DNA from: Azolla caroliniana
Lineage: Eukaryota > Plantae > Polypodiophyta
DNA length: 64,000 nucleotides
Direction: 5' to 3'
NCBI GenBank assembly: GCA_043228905.1
Contig: JBHGNT010000016.1
Span: 12,400,001 to 12,464,000 of the forward strand
The position numbers and the translations under genes were made by a program. Shown here one piece after another: positions 36,910-48,894 of this stretch. Below the pieces are notes generated by a model that saw nothing but the letters and a program-made list of their open reading frames with translations, was not told where the DNA came from and made no database searches. Position 1 is the stretch's first letter, and each line of letters opens with the position of its first letter.

Positions 36910-39120
36910 TCAAACTCTTCTTTGTCTTCTTGCTCCTGTAGGCCATATCCTTAGTTTTATGTGTACTTTCGCTAGTTCATGGTGTACTTCCACCAATGTC
37001 ATATTGAGTACTAGTAGTTCGATTGCTAGCTAGCTCGTCTTGCCCTTATGCTTTCGACTGATCTTGTTCAACGCCATTTCCTCGTCATCCTCAATATCCC
37101 TAACCATGGCCTATTATGTCATTTGCCGTTCTGCACGTTCTTTCACCATTCTGGTTGCAAACGCTACCTATTGTCGAGCTAGGTAATCCACCAGCTTGAA
37201 TGAGGTGCCAAATTGCACTATGGTGGCCATTCCATGCACTGGTGGTGGATTTTACCAGGAGTAGAGCACCTGATCTTCCAAAATCAAGGAAACTTGTCCA
37301 TTTTGTAATTGTTATGGATGGACTGTAGATGAACGAGAAAGATAGACTGAAAATGCACAAACACGGAAACGAAAAACAACAAAATAGAAGAGAATGCACA
37401 ATACACAATGTTTTATGTGGAAACCTAAAATAGGGGAAAACCATGGACAATAGATCTTTCGCTATAGATAGGGATAGAGGTAGGAAAAACAGATTACAAT
37501 ATCTGTAAATCAGAAAATACACCCCTTAGGGTTCTGGCAGCAGGTTCCACTAAAGTGTGCCTACATCACTCTCTTGCGGGTGCTCTCTCACGTCTCTACT
37601 CGCTCTCTACTACAAAAGCTCTATCTACAAGACATTTTTCTATTCAACCTACAATAAGTTTGCCCTAGGTGTATTTATACTCATACACAGTATGGGCTAT
37701 TTACAAATGTAGTTGTTATTATTATTATTATATAATAACAATAGTCATTAATCGGTCGATTGTCCGACCAACAAGTCGACAGTCTAGTCGATTCGACTAG
37801 TTGACTCCAAAGCGGACTAGTAGACCTTGTCGTCAACCATCGGGTCAACCCAACTAGTCAGCTCCAATTTGACTTCTGATTCTTCCAATCAATAGATGAT
37901 TTCTCCCTTGAGTTCTCTCTTGGCTTCGACTGTCAACTTCTCCGATAGGAGGACAAATTCCTAAGAGTAACTTCCTTGTTAGCATCGTCTCCTTGTGGGA
38001 TACTGATACTACTATCTGCACCAAACTTACAACTATTGATGTCTCTGAGACAACATTTGCCACTTCCTACCGGTCTTTGTGACTCTATCAATCGAGGGGT
38101 GGTGTCCTCTAGGGCTGACTCCTTTGGTGGAGTTGTTGATTTGGTGTCGGCTGATGCCTTTTTCTTGGCTGAGGGCTCCGACTGTCCATGCCCCAAAACA
38201 TCCTCTTCCTGCTATTGGACCTGTTGTAGAACTAATAGTCGTCGTTTTCTCCTAGACTGTGGTTTCCTGATGTGGTGGGGGCAATGTTGGCACTTTCTTC
38301 TCTAGCAAGGCCAGATGTGGTGGGTATAGAACTGACAAGTATTGTCCCACAATTGATTGTACCTTCTTGCCAGCTTGTAAGGCGAGGATGCCTACTCGTA
38401 AGGCAGCCCTTGTCAAGAAGCCCTAGTCGATTGCATTGCCTTGGTATGTCACTATAATCAGGCCAACTTTGTTCTAGAGCATCCGATAAGTTTTCGGATG
38501 TATGTAGTCTAGTTCTAGGAGAAACTTTGCCACTTCTCTAAAATTTACATCAAGACTAGATTGCGTCATGTATGCCTTGGCGGTGGCGGAATATTCGCCG
38601 AAATAGTATTCCAGGGTCTCAATGGGTGGGACGTCGAACTAATGTTCACCCATGGGCTTTAATCCTAGTTTCTTTCAAATCAAGGTGTTGGTGAGGTGGT
38701 TGTCCTTAATTTGCATCCCCATCTCCAGTGTGTTCGAGTGCGGCAGTGCGTCTAGAACCTTGATGTAGCTACATAACCCGTGGTCCTGCAACCATTGGCG
38801 TAACCCGTGGGATATTTCGATCGTCATGGCAAGCGTTCCATCTGTGTGGGGAGCCTTGGGTGATGAGGGTAAGTCGATGTCTTGGCGAAAACTGCTTTGT
38901 TTTCTTTGTGCACCTTCTACTTCTTCTGTGGAGGAAATGGTTCGCTCCTTCTAGTTTTGTGCCTATGGGGGGTGTTTTGTATTATGAGGAGCCACACCAT
39001 GACCTACATTCAAGATCCTTCGGGCCATTAGGCGCCACACATCGGGACGAGGTTGTGGTATCATATTTTGTTGACCGTTAGGTCGTCGACAAGGAGTGCG
39101 GAATGATGTGTCATTAACGG
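36910..39120 (-). pseudogene. Decayed extra-ORF region of a C-related Gypsy
   Basis: 38420-38830 translates to YYFGEYSATAKAYMTQ...FREVAKFL...HPK...NKVGLIIVTYQG, homologous to 8697..9074. Confidence 0.65.
37324..37860 (-). repeat. LTR-like fragment (Tork-like)
   Basis: Starts TGTAG; contains gtggaaacctaaaataggggaaaacca, similar to the reverse complement of the H LTR motif; end and TSD not found. Confidence 0.45.
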
Positions 39121-39772
39121 ATATATGTCAAGGGGAGGTAGGAGAGTAGGTGTGTAGGTTAAGGAAGAGAGGGATTGAAGCGAATAGAAAGCACACCCAA
39201 ATCTTCTTACAAACATGGTGTAAGAGAGGCATAATGAGAAATACGGGAAGGGGAAAGAGAGACGGGGGATTAATCACTAATAATAAAACAATTAATAAGA
39301 TTAAACATAAATATACTACTCTATTATGAGAGAATAGATTAAAAACAAGTTTAATTATCATTAGAAAGGAAAAACTACATTTGGATGGGTAATTGGGATA
39401 GGTAATGGTCATGAGCAAACTACGGGGCTCATCAGTGCCAAATGGCCATGTGGGGTGTAGGATGGTTTTATATATAGATTTGAGAGAGATTACATAATGG
39501 AGAATGGGGTGTGCTAGGGGTGAGCTTGAAAAGGGGAGGATTTAAAGATAGAAGAAATGAGGTTTTAATGTGATAAGAGGGATAGGAGATGGGAAAAGAG
39601 GTGGTGATAAGGGGGGTGATAAGGGGGCTTTTAGAGAGGATAGTGACAAGGGGGTGATGAGTGTAAGGAAAAAATGGATATAGATAAAAACGTGGGAGAA
39701 AGAGAGGTAGGAAAAGAGAGAAAAAGGACAAAAAGTAAGAGAGAAGGGGGAAAGAAAAGTAAGAGGTAAGAG

Positions 39773-39803
<31 letters not shown>

Positions 39804-40594
39804 AATATTAATGTCTTCTACGGCCAAATTTGGCCCATGAGACAAATGGTTTACAAAAAATGGGATATTTACCCATTCATCGAAAGTAAAAAATCAAAAT
39901 AAGATAAAAAATAGTTCTAAAAAAGAAAAACATGTTCTACAATGAAAAGATGTTATACTAGGCCTAATTTCATTTCCATCCAAGTCTCTCGAAGAGAAGC
40001 GGGAGGTCAAAGGGTTGCGATGTGGATGTGGCCCGTGGTCCCAATGTAAAAGGTACCCCAACCATAGCTTCTAGTCGACGTAGCTCATGTTCCCTTATCT
40101 TCTTAATCTTTTCTACTACACATCGACTTGTTTTGAAGCCCAATATCTGAGGGCGTTTGGTTGTTCTTTGCATTTCTGCTTCCTCAAGGGAGAGGCCGAG
40201 CGGCGTAAGTGTATCCACATTCATCGTCTCCCCTTGTTCCTGAAAAATTACACTAGTTACATGTTGATGAATAGTAAAAGGGTTATGATTAACACTTTGT
40301 AATTTATTCTCCCTATGTTGTTTTAGCTCTAAGATATACCTACCTAGTCTTTTTACAGTCGGGGTATCTTTTTATAGTTTGGAGAGGGTGGGAGAGGGTC
40401 CTAATATGTCTTGGTATTCCGCCCGTATCTCGGCATAAGTTGGGCACTTGCATGTGAAGTGATACTCATCCTTTATCTCTATGTGGCATAACCTACATAG
40501 CCTTTCCTCTCTAAGGACTCTATTAGCTCGACCATTCTCAATCTCAAGTTGGTGAGATGATATCCTAAGTTGTCCAATGGCCACCTGTCATGAT

Positions 40595-40654
40595 ATGGCA
40601 AGACTCGAACCCATGACCTTATGCTACATGGGTCGAGCTCTTACCATTAGACTA
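40595..40654 (-). promoter_or_regulatory. tRNA-derived A/B-box cassette at the U3 tip of the F 5' LTR (second copy at 45346-45405)
   Basis: Minus strand TAGTCTAATGGTAAGAGC...AGGTC ATGGGTTCGAGTC; 44-nt T8-G53 spacing and canonical AGGTC variable loop. Confidence 0.7.
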
Positions 40655-40876
40655 TGAATTGTAATTTGTAGGATATTATTTTCATTTATGCTTTATCATA
40701 GAAAATTGATGTATATTCCAAATCTCTTTGGAACATTCTAGAAGCTTCAGGATTATTCCTAAAAACACTATAAAAGGAGGCACAAGGCATTGTTTTGAAC
40801 CAAATTGGTTCAACGCCAGTCTTAAGCCTCTTAGTCATTTTGTACTTATCCTTCACATAATATATTGGCTGTTATC

Positions 40877-40928
<52 letters not shown>

Positions 40929-41016
40929 GAGTCTTACGTAGTCCCGTCCTCTTAGTACTAATAGTACTACTCTTCTTTAGTACTAATTCCATCTCTGCTT
41001 AGTACTATTCCTGACA

Positions 41017-41030
41017 GTTTGAACCAATTT
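41017..41030 (+). promoter_or_regulatory. Self-priming type PBS of F
   Basis: TTGAACCAATTT (41019-41030) is the exact complement of AAATTGGTTCAA (40802-40813), ~30 nt downstream of TATAAAA (40769-40775); no TGG tRNA-type PBS. Confidence 0.8.
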
Positions 41031-41055
41031 TCCCTCCTACCCTTTTCCCTATACT

Positions 41056-42213
41056 ATGGCTACTGTTAGCGCCCAAGAATATCAATCCGTTTTCTTCGAG
41101 CTACAATGTTTAAAAGAAAAATTTGTTGCCTTGGAACAAGAAAACCAACGGCTGATAGGGGATCTGCAACAAATTGCTCTAGAAAAGCAACAAACGCAGC
41201 AACAACATGGGGAGTTAGCGTTACGGGTGCAACAACTCGAAGCAGCATTGCAACAACAAGGATCAAGTCCCCAAGGATTTCATAAAGAGCCGAAGATTGG
41301 ACTTCCTGTGAAATTTGATGAAACGCGATCGCAATTCAGGGGATTCCTTAATCAGGTACGATTAGTCCTCCAAATGCATCCTTCCCAATACCCCACTGAT
41401 GCATCCCGAGTCGGCTTAATAGGCACGTTGCTTAGCGGCTCAGCCTTAGCATGGCTCGCTCCGCTTCTAGAAAAACAATCGCCCTTGCTTAATAACTTTG
41501 AAGATTTTATTAGTGAGTTCAAAGCCTGCTTTGGAGACACTGACAGCATCAGGACGACGATCAACAAGATCCGGCGATTGCGTCAAGGCGATCGTCCAGC
41601 CTCTGCCTACACGGCGGATTTCTGCCTACTCGCTTCAGACATACCCTGGGATGATCAAGCACTAATGGAGCAGTTTCGCTATGGCCTGCAAAATGATGTC
41701 AAAGATCTACTTCTAACCTTCCCCGAAGAACCAAAGTCTCTTACGGAGGCAATCAGTCGAGCGGTCCGATGTGACAACCGCCTTTTCAAACGGCGTTCGG
41801 AACGTCAATTACAGATACCACGTGCTAGGCCGGAGCCCACTTATGCTGCAGTCGCGGCTAAACCGTTTGCACGAGCCATACCTCAAGCAAATACTTCGAC
41901 ACCAATGGAGATCGATACCATGCGTCGACGCGGCCCGTTATCGGAAGAAGAAAAGCAACGACGACGTGCAAATCGATTATGTCTTTATTGCGGTGGACCA
42001 GGGCATATCGCAATCAATTGTCCCCATAGGCCAAGAAGACAGGTAAATCAAATTGTAGCCTGTACTAAACCCGAGTCAATTCTTCCCTTAGGAGTGTCTG
42101 ATAGTATTAATAGTACTAATAGAGTGTTTGATAGTATTCATAGTACTAATAGCCCAAGTATCTCAAATAAATTTGAAATCCTTAGTCAATTAGATGAAGA
42201 GTTAAACGATTGA
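41056..42213 (+). CDS. gag: Gag of element F (intact 385-aa ORF)
   Basis: Coiled-coil N-terminus, retrotransposon gag core (LRQG..ASAY..DF), PMEID motif, CLYCGGPGHIAINC knuckle. Confidence 0.9.
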   Translation: MATVSAQEYQSVFFELQCLKEKFVALEQENQRLIGDLQQIALEKQQTQQQHGELALRVQQLEAALQQQGSSPQGFHKEPKIGLPVKFDETRSQFRGFLNQVRLVLQMHPSQYPTDASRVGLIGTLLSGSALAWLAPLLEKQSPLLNNFEDFISEFKACFGDTDSIRTTINKIRRLRQGDRPASAYTADFCLLASDIPWDDQALMEQFRYGLQNDVKDLLLTFPEEPKSLTEAISRAVRCDNRLFKRRSERQLQIPRARPEPTYAAVAAKPFARAIPQANTSTPMEIDTMRRRGPLSEEEKQRRRANRLCLYCGGPGHIAINCPHRPRRQVNQIVACTKPESILPLGVSDSINSTNRVFDSIHSTNSPSISNKFEILSQLDEELND

Positions 42214-42299
42214 GTTCAGCCAAAATAGGAGCCGTTTGGTTGGACAACAACCCTAGATCTGTTTAGCCCATTAGTGGTTCCATTCCTTCCAAGCAAGTT

Positions 42300-45200
42300 A
42301 GCAATGTGTTCCTAGCCCAAGTCATTGTTAGTACTAAAAGTACTCCCCCAGTACCCGTCCTAGCACTTTTAGATTCCAGAGCTAATTCCTGTTTCATGGA
42401 TCGAAATTTTGCCCAAGCTTCTCAGATATCCTTAAGAAAACTTCCTTGTCCCGCGTCTGTAGTAGTCATTGATGGTCGTCCCATTGCTTCCGGGAATATT
42501 GTAGAAGAATCAGAACCCATTCAAGTTGTCCAGAGCATCCCATTGTCCTAGGATTACCTTGGTTTGAATTTCATAATCCAGCCATAGATTGGAGAACCAG
42601 AGAAGTCCGATATCGACCACCCCAAGAATCAACTCACCGAGTTTCGACCATTTCACTCCATCAACTACGCAAAGAAGGACCCAAGGAGGCAATGTTCCTA
42701 TTTGCAATATCAGTACATCTTTCCAGCACTATTAAGAAGGACTCCTCAGTACAACTTCCGGCAAAATATCATCCTTATGCCGATGTATTTGACAAGGTAA
42801 AAGCCGGTACCCTTCCTCATCACCGTCCCTATGACTGTCCCATCGATTTACAACCAGGAACCGAGCCACCATGGGGACCAATTTACAACTTGTCACCCAT
42901 TGAGTTAGAAGTCCTTCGAGCCTACATAGAGGAGAACTTGGCAAGCGGGTTCATCCGTCATTCGAAATCTCCAGCCGGTGCACCCATCTTCTTTGTCAAG
43001 AAGAAAGATGGCTCACTTCGTCTTGTCGTTGATTACCGCGGATTGAATAAAGTCACCATCCGGAATAGGTATGCACTTCCTCTTATATCAAGTCTTTTAG
43101 AGCGAGTTAATGTGTGCCAAGTTTTTGACTAAAATCGAACTACGAGGAGCGTATAACCTCGTGCGGATCCGACCGGGAGATGAGTGGAAGATCGTCTTTC
43201 GCACGCGGTATGGGCATTTCGAGTATACTGTTATGCCGTTTGGCCTAACCAATGCACCCGCAGTATTCCAACACATGGCAAATGATATATTCAGAGACCT
43301 CTTGGATATCTGGTTGATCATTTATCTGGATGATCTATTGATTTATTCGAAGACCCAAGAAGAGCACGATTCTCATGTACTATTAGTACTAAAGCGACTC
43401 CGCGAGAATGGTCTTTATGCCAAGCTAGAAAAATGTAGCTTTGACTGCAAGCAAGTGGAATTTCTAGGCTACGTCATCTCCTCAAAGGGCATCGCCATGG
43501 ATCCAGCTAAAATCCAAACTGTACTAGAGTGGCAAATTTATTTCTTAGAGGGCTCTCCACATCAGGTCATTGTCTTTAGCGATCATAAAAATCTTGCTTA
43601 TTTTCAGAACGCTCGCGTACTAAATCGACGGCAAGCTCGGTGGGCACAATTCCTCACGCGTTTCGACTTCAAAATCACATATCGACCGGGGAAGCAGCAA
43701 GGAAAAGCAGATGCACTATCACGGCGTTCATATCTTGCACCTCGTCCTGGTGACACAACATTTGATAATCAAAAGAAAGTAATCTTGGGACCAACACGAT
43801 TGCACATGACGCGGATTTTTCACACCTCGATGGATTCACGGATTACCGATGACATACGTGCAACCTTGAAGACGGATAGTTTTGCTCAAGACATCTTGGC
43901 GCACATTGATACTTCTCGGGCATCCTGTTCTCGGTCTCAACAACCAGGTATTGACTACCGACAATTCGAATATCATGATGGTTTGTTATTCTTTAAAAAT
44001 CGCGTATATGTCCCCGATTGCTCCTGTCGCCTTCAAATCGTCCGACATTGTCACGACACTCATTGTCACGACATTTCGGTAGTACTAAGACGTTGGAGCT
44101 AGTGTAACAATATTTTTGGTGGCCCCACATGCGCCGTTTTGTCGACGACTACGTTCAGACCTGTGATGCTTGCTGCCGAGTAAAGATGCCACGACACCAT
44201 CCATATGGCTTGTTGGAACCCTTACCGATTCCAAGTAGGCCATGGCAGTCTATTTGTCTTGATTTTATCACAGATCTGCCGGTCTCGAAGGGGTTCGATG
44301 CTATCCTAACCGTCGTCGATCGATATACGAAGATGGCACATTTTGTGTTGTGTACTAAAGCCATCACTAGCGAGGAAACCGCCGCTCTTGTTATGCGTGA
44401 GGTATTTCGGCATCATGGCCTCCCAGACAGTATTATCAGTGACCGAGGACCGCAATATGTCTCCAAATTTTGGCAGCATCTCTTCAAGATGCTCAAGGTC
44501 TCCTGCAACCTCTCCTCCGGCTACCATCCTCAGATCGACAGGCAGGCGGAATGAACAAACCAAACGCTGGAGCAATATCTCCGGTGTTTCCTGAGTTATC
44601 AACAGGACGATTGGGCCGAGATTCTCCACTTTGCGGAGTTTGCGTATAATAATGCTATTCACTCCTCGACTCGGGTCTCCCCATTTTTCGCTTATACCGG
44701 TTTCCATCCTCGCTGGTCGGTGATCGACACCCAGGAGCTACCTACCAACCCTCGTGCCGAGGATCATTTGGAGAGGCTACGCAAGATCCAGATGGATCTC
44801 TCTACTCACCTTCGTCATGCTCAACACACACAGAAGACTTATGCGGATCTTCATCGGATTCCCTCCTCTTTTGCCATCGGAGATCGGGTATGGCTCTTAT
44901 GTCGTCACATCAAGACTACTCGACCGTGCGACAAGTTGGATTATCGACGACTCGGTCCCTTCCGTATTACGGGTAAGATTAATGATGTCACATTCCGCCT
45001 TGATCTCCCTCCGCAGCTTCAGATACATCCGGTTTTCCATTGTTCTCTTCTTGAACCTTATAAAGCAAACACCATTCCCGATCGTGTGACACCACTGCCG
45101 CCCCCACTAGAGTTGGATGCCGGCCCGGAGTATGAAGTTGCTGCCATCCTCGATTCCAAACTTCATTACTTGGTCGATTGGCTCGGTTATAGTCCGAGCG

Positions 45201-45325
45201 AACGTACTTGGGAACCCGTCGAGCATGTTGCCAATGCACAAGATCTTCTTGTTGATTTCCACCGAAAGTATCCAGACAAACCCGGCCCGAAATTAGCGCC
45301 GACTGGTTCCACTCGTCGTCTTTAA
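42300..45325 (+). pseudogene. pol: Pol of element F (PR-RT-partial RH-INT-chromodomain)
   Basis: ALLDSRANSCF, IYLDDLLI, ICLDFITDLP, ISDRGPQY, LGPFRI, EYEVAAILDS...YLVDWLGY...TWEP; several frameshifts. Confidence 0.93.
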
Positions 45326-47001
45326 GGGGGAGATAGTGTCATGATATGGCAAGACTCGAACCCATGACCTTATGCTACATGGGTCGAGCTCTTACCATTA
45401 GACTATGAATTGTAATTTGTAGGATATTATTTTCATTTATGCTTTATCATAGAAAATTGATGTATATTCCAGATCTCTTTGGAACATTCTAGAAGCTTCA
45501 GGATTATTCCTAAAAACACTATAAAAGGAGGCACAAGGCATTGTTTTGAACTAAATTGGTTCAACGCTAGTCTTAAGCCTCTTAGTCATTTTTTACTTAT
45601 CCTTCACATAATATATTGGCTGTTATCATCATCTCTCTCTCTCTCTCATCCTCGCTATCTCTCTTTTCGCTTCTCTCTCTCTTTCTCTCTCTCGGGAGTC
45701 TTACGTAGTCCCGTCCTCTTAGTACTAATAGTATTGCTCTTCTTTAGTACTAATTCCATCTCTGCTTAGTACTATTCCTGACACCACCCTTAGTGCATTT
45801 GATAAGAATGTATCTAGATATGTTGGTCGTGTAATAAACCTAACTTAGAGAAGTGCAAGAAGTGTTCCTTATAGTACAACATTTTAGATGGGAGTGGCTC
45901 TTGTGGAGTGATCCATTTATATCGAGTGTAAATTTTCCATATTTCTTGGCGTATCACTTTATTATGGTCTTCATGAGAGATTAGAGTTTGATCAGTCCCA
46001 TGGTTGTACTTAAGGGGAGGTAGGTTATTAATGTCTATGCCATTTGCAAGTAACCAACTCACCACAATGCTATACCAAGAGCTAGTGTCTCCAGATGCAT
46101 GTAGGGATCAGGATGCCTCAAAGGCTTGATGGGATATCCTATCTTGTGGTTGTCTATGTATCCGATGAATAAAAACTACCATTTGAAAGGGTATTTCTAC
46201 TAACATCGGGGGTAAACTAAACTCTGCTCTAATAATGTCATGCGGTTCTGTCGATTTGCTTCAAAGTTGATGTGATAACATCGTCACCAAAGGTCTCTCT
46301 AATTGCGTCCACATGAAGGATGGTAGACCTGGAGCCCATACTACTGATGCATACATGAGGGAAGGGGTCACTAATGAGTCGAAGAGCCATCCGTAGTCTG
46401 TGGCTCTTGAAAGTATGCATGGTGGCATTGTCTGTCTAAGAGTGAGAGGGATGCATACCCACTCGTTAGCCTATCTTTGGCTGCCTTGGTATGTCACTAT
46501 AATTAGGCCAACTTTGTTCTAGGGCATCCCATAAGTTTTCGGATGTATGCAGTCTAGTTCCAGGGGAAACTTTGCCACTTCTCTAAAATTTACATCAAGA
46601 CTAGATTGCGTCATGTATGCCTTGGCGGTGGCGGAATATTCGCCGAAATAGTATTCCAGGGTCTCAATGGGAGGGACGTCGAACTAATGTTCACCCATCT
46701 CTAGTGTGTTCGGGTGTGGTAGTGCTTTCCCCTCCTCCATGTGGGAAACATGTGAGGTCTTCCAAGCCCGGCCACTTGGCTAAGCCATTATATATGATCA
46801 TCTGGTGTCGGCGTCCAAGCTCAAGAAGATGATGGCCAGGTCCGCACCTTGATCTTTTGATGTACGTGTTATGCCTAAGGCTAAAGGGTCGACATTCACC
46901 ATTTCTAAGTTTCTATCCATCTGAAATATTGTGCATTTCCGGGATTGGGTTCTCGCATTAAAATCCCCTACAAGGAAGCCATTATATATGATCATCTATT
47001 G

Positions 47002-47667
47002 TCAACTTCCAAGTTCAAGCAGATGATGGCCAAAGCTTGTGGCGCCTGCACCTTGATCCTTTGATGTACGCATTATGTCTAAGTCTAAAGGGTCGACATT
47101 CACCATTTCAAGGTTTCTATCCATCTGAAATATTGTGCATCGGGATTGGGTTCTCGCATTGAAATCTCCTACAAGGAAGACTTCCCCTTGAGAAGAATAT
47201 CGGATTATGTCATCTGATAAAGGTTCATATGGAGAAGGCCAATGTGGCGTTCCTTCATCAACTATACTCGCCTCTCCAGCCGTATTATATCGGGATCCTT
47301 TCGGGGGGAAGTAACAAACGGCGATAAATATCACTTGATCCTTGCTAGTGAGGATTTCCACCCACATAAAATGGCCTTCTGGGTCTTTCTTTAGTATTTC
47401 TATCCTATTATGTATCTCTCTCCGAAATAATATCGCAACCCGTCCAGACCCTCTAGTAGTGTGTCGACGTGATGTTTGTCTAAAGACAGATTCCCAACGA
47501 AAACCGTCAACTCGTGGCAGTCCTCGATTTGGACTCTGACGTGTTTCTACTAAAAAAAGTATATCAGATACCTTCAAAATGTCCTCTAGACGGCCAGGGT
47601 GTGTCGAAAGTGCACCATTACAATTCCATAAGGTCATCCTAAGTTTATTGTCTGTCACATGGGCCAA
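47002..47667 (-). pseudogene. LINE ORF2 APE-type endonuclease
   Basis: TLWNCNG, ILFLVET, GRVAIL, VGDFNART; ~195-bp tandem duplication at ~46782-47180. Confidence 0.88.
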
Positions 47668-48549
47668 TTGACGGCGCGATCATTAATTATCACACGTCCG
47701 TCTCAGTAAAAAGCACGGTGCCCCTCTTTACGAGTTTGTATGACTCATGGCATACAAGTTTTACGATGCTCAATTTGCATCTTGGTCAAGTCTTCATCGA
47801 GGTAGATAGGGTCCCCGCCCAATCCTTGAAGAATTGGTTTCTTTTAAAAAAAGGTGATCCTAGATTCTGAGTCCTTAAATTGATGGACTAAAGTTCTTTT
47901 CCTAGTGGTGTCACATCCTACTCTCCAAGTTTTAGTGATTGGCAGGGCTTCATACCCCAACATCTTCCCTAATGTTTGTGCATCTTCGTCGGGAGATGCC
48001 CCTTCCTTGAGCCCAGTAACTCTTACGTTTAAGCGTTGAGCTTGACGCATTTTTTCCTCAAGGGTGGTGTTTACAATATTTTCATCCTTTAGTACCTTTT
48101 TAATATTATGTTTTACTACATCAACCCACCCAGTTTTTGCTAATTCCATATCGCTTTTAACCTCTTCCTTAACCTTTTTTTATCTCGTCCTTAATATCCT
48201 CTAGGGAAGATATTACACCATTTTCCCTAGATGTCTCAAGGTCCTTAACTTGTTTTTGAAGGTTTAGATTGTCTTCCTTAAGTTTCGCTATTTCAGCAAT
48301 AAGTAGTTCTTTTTCTTCCTTATCTTTTATTTTTTGAGCTTCAATCTCTTTTGCCCATTTTTCCATTTTAACTAACCGGTTAAGGACATCTAAAAATTCT
48401 TCCTTACTTATAATTTCGTCATGTGTTTCCTTATGATTTCGTCGAGAAGTCATGTTGTAATTCAAAAGATAAAAGAAAGAAAAAGTAAAAAAGGACAGAA
48501 AAACTTAGCCGAGCATCGATGTCTTGCGCGCTAGGTAGTAGAAGCACAT

Positions 48550-48875
48550 TTGTACTGTCTCATCTACGCAACCGATGACGTAGTAAGAGGTGTAGGTGAC
48601 AACGACGGTCGACAACGGCAACTGTGCCACAAACCAAACAACGATGAAGGACAACAACGGCAAATGACGGCAACAACAACATCAGATTGCGACGGCGACC
48701 GACGACGGCTGCAGCGACAGTCGTCGACGACAGACGGTGGCTGAAGCAACAATCGACGACGACAGACGGTGGTTGCAGCGACAACGATGGACAATGATGA
48801 TTGACAGACGATGACGATGGCAACAACGACGACTACGACGATGACTGCAGACAGTGACGACGGCAGACGGTAGAA
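48550..48875. repeat. Degenerate (GAC/AAC)n low-complexity tract
   Basis: Reiterated acgacg/gcaaca/gacgg units. Confidence 0.7.
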
Positions 48876-48894
48876 AGAGCCATTGAGAGAGATA

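Larger units (their letters stand above)
40586..45783 (+). mobile_element. Ty3/Gypsy chromovirus (Tcn1-like) element F
   Basis: LTRs 40586-41016 and 45337-45783; perfect TSD CCACC; PPT at 45324-45336; chromodomain at the integrase C-terminus. Confidence 0.96.
39775..48530 (-). mobile_element. LINE 1 (RTEX-like, two ORFs), RT core deleted, interrupted by F
   Basis: ORF1 pieces 48169..48465 and 47844..48149; APE endonuclease 47002..47667; LFDSLVTPSLMYASVVW near 46340; C-terminal RISSHQLEIENGR...CRLC...EYHFTCKC at 40372..40584; (TTTC)n tail at 39775-39805. Confidence 0.85.
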
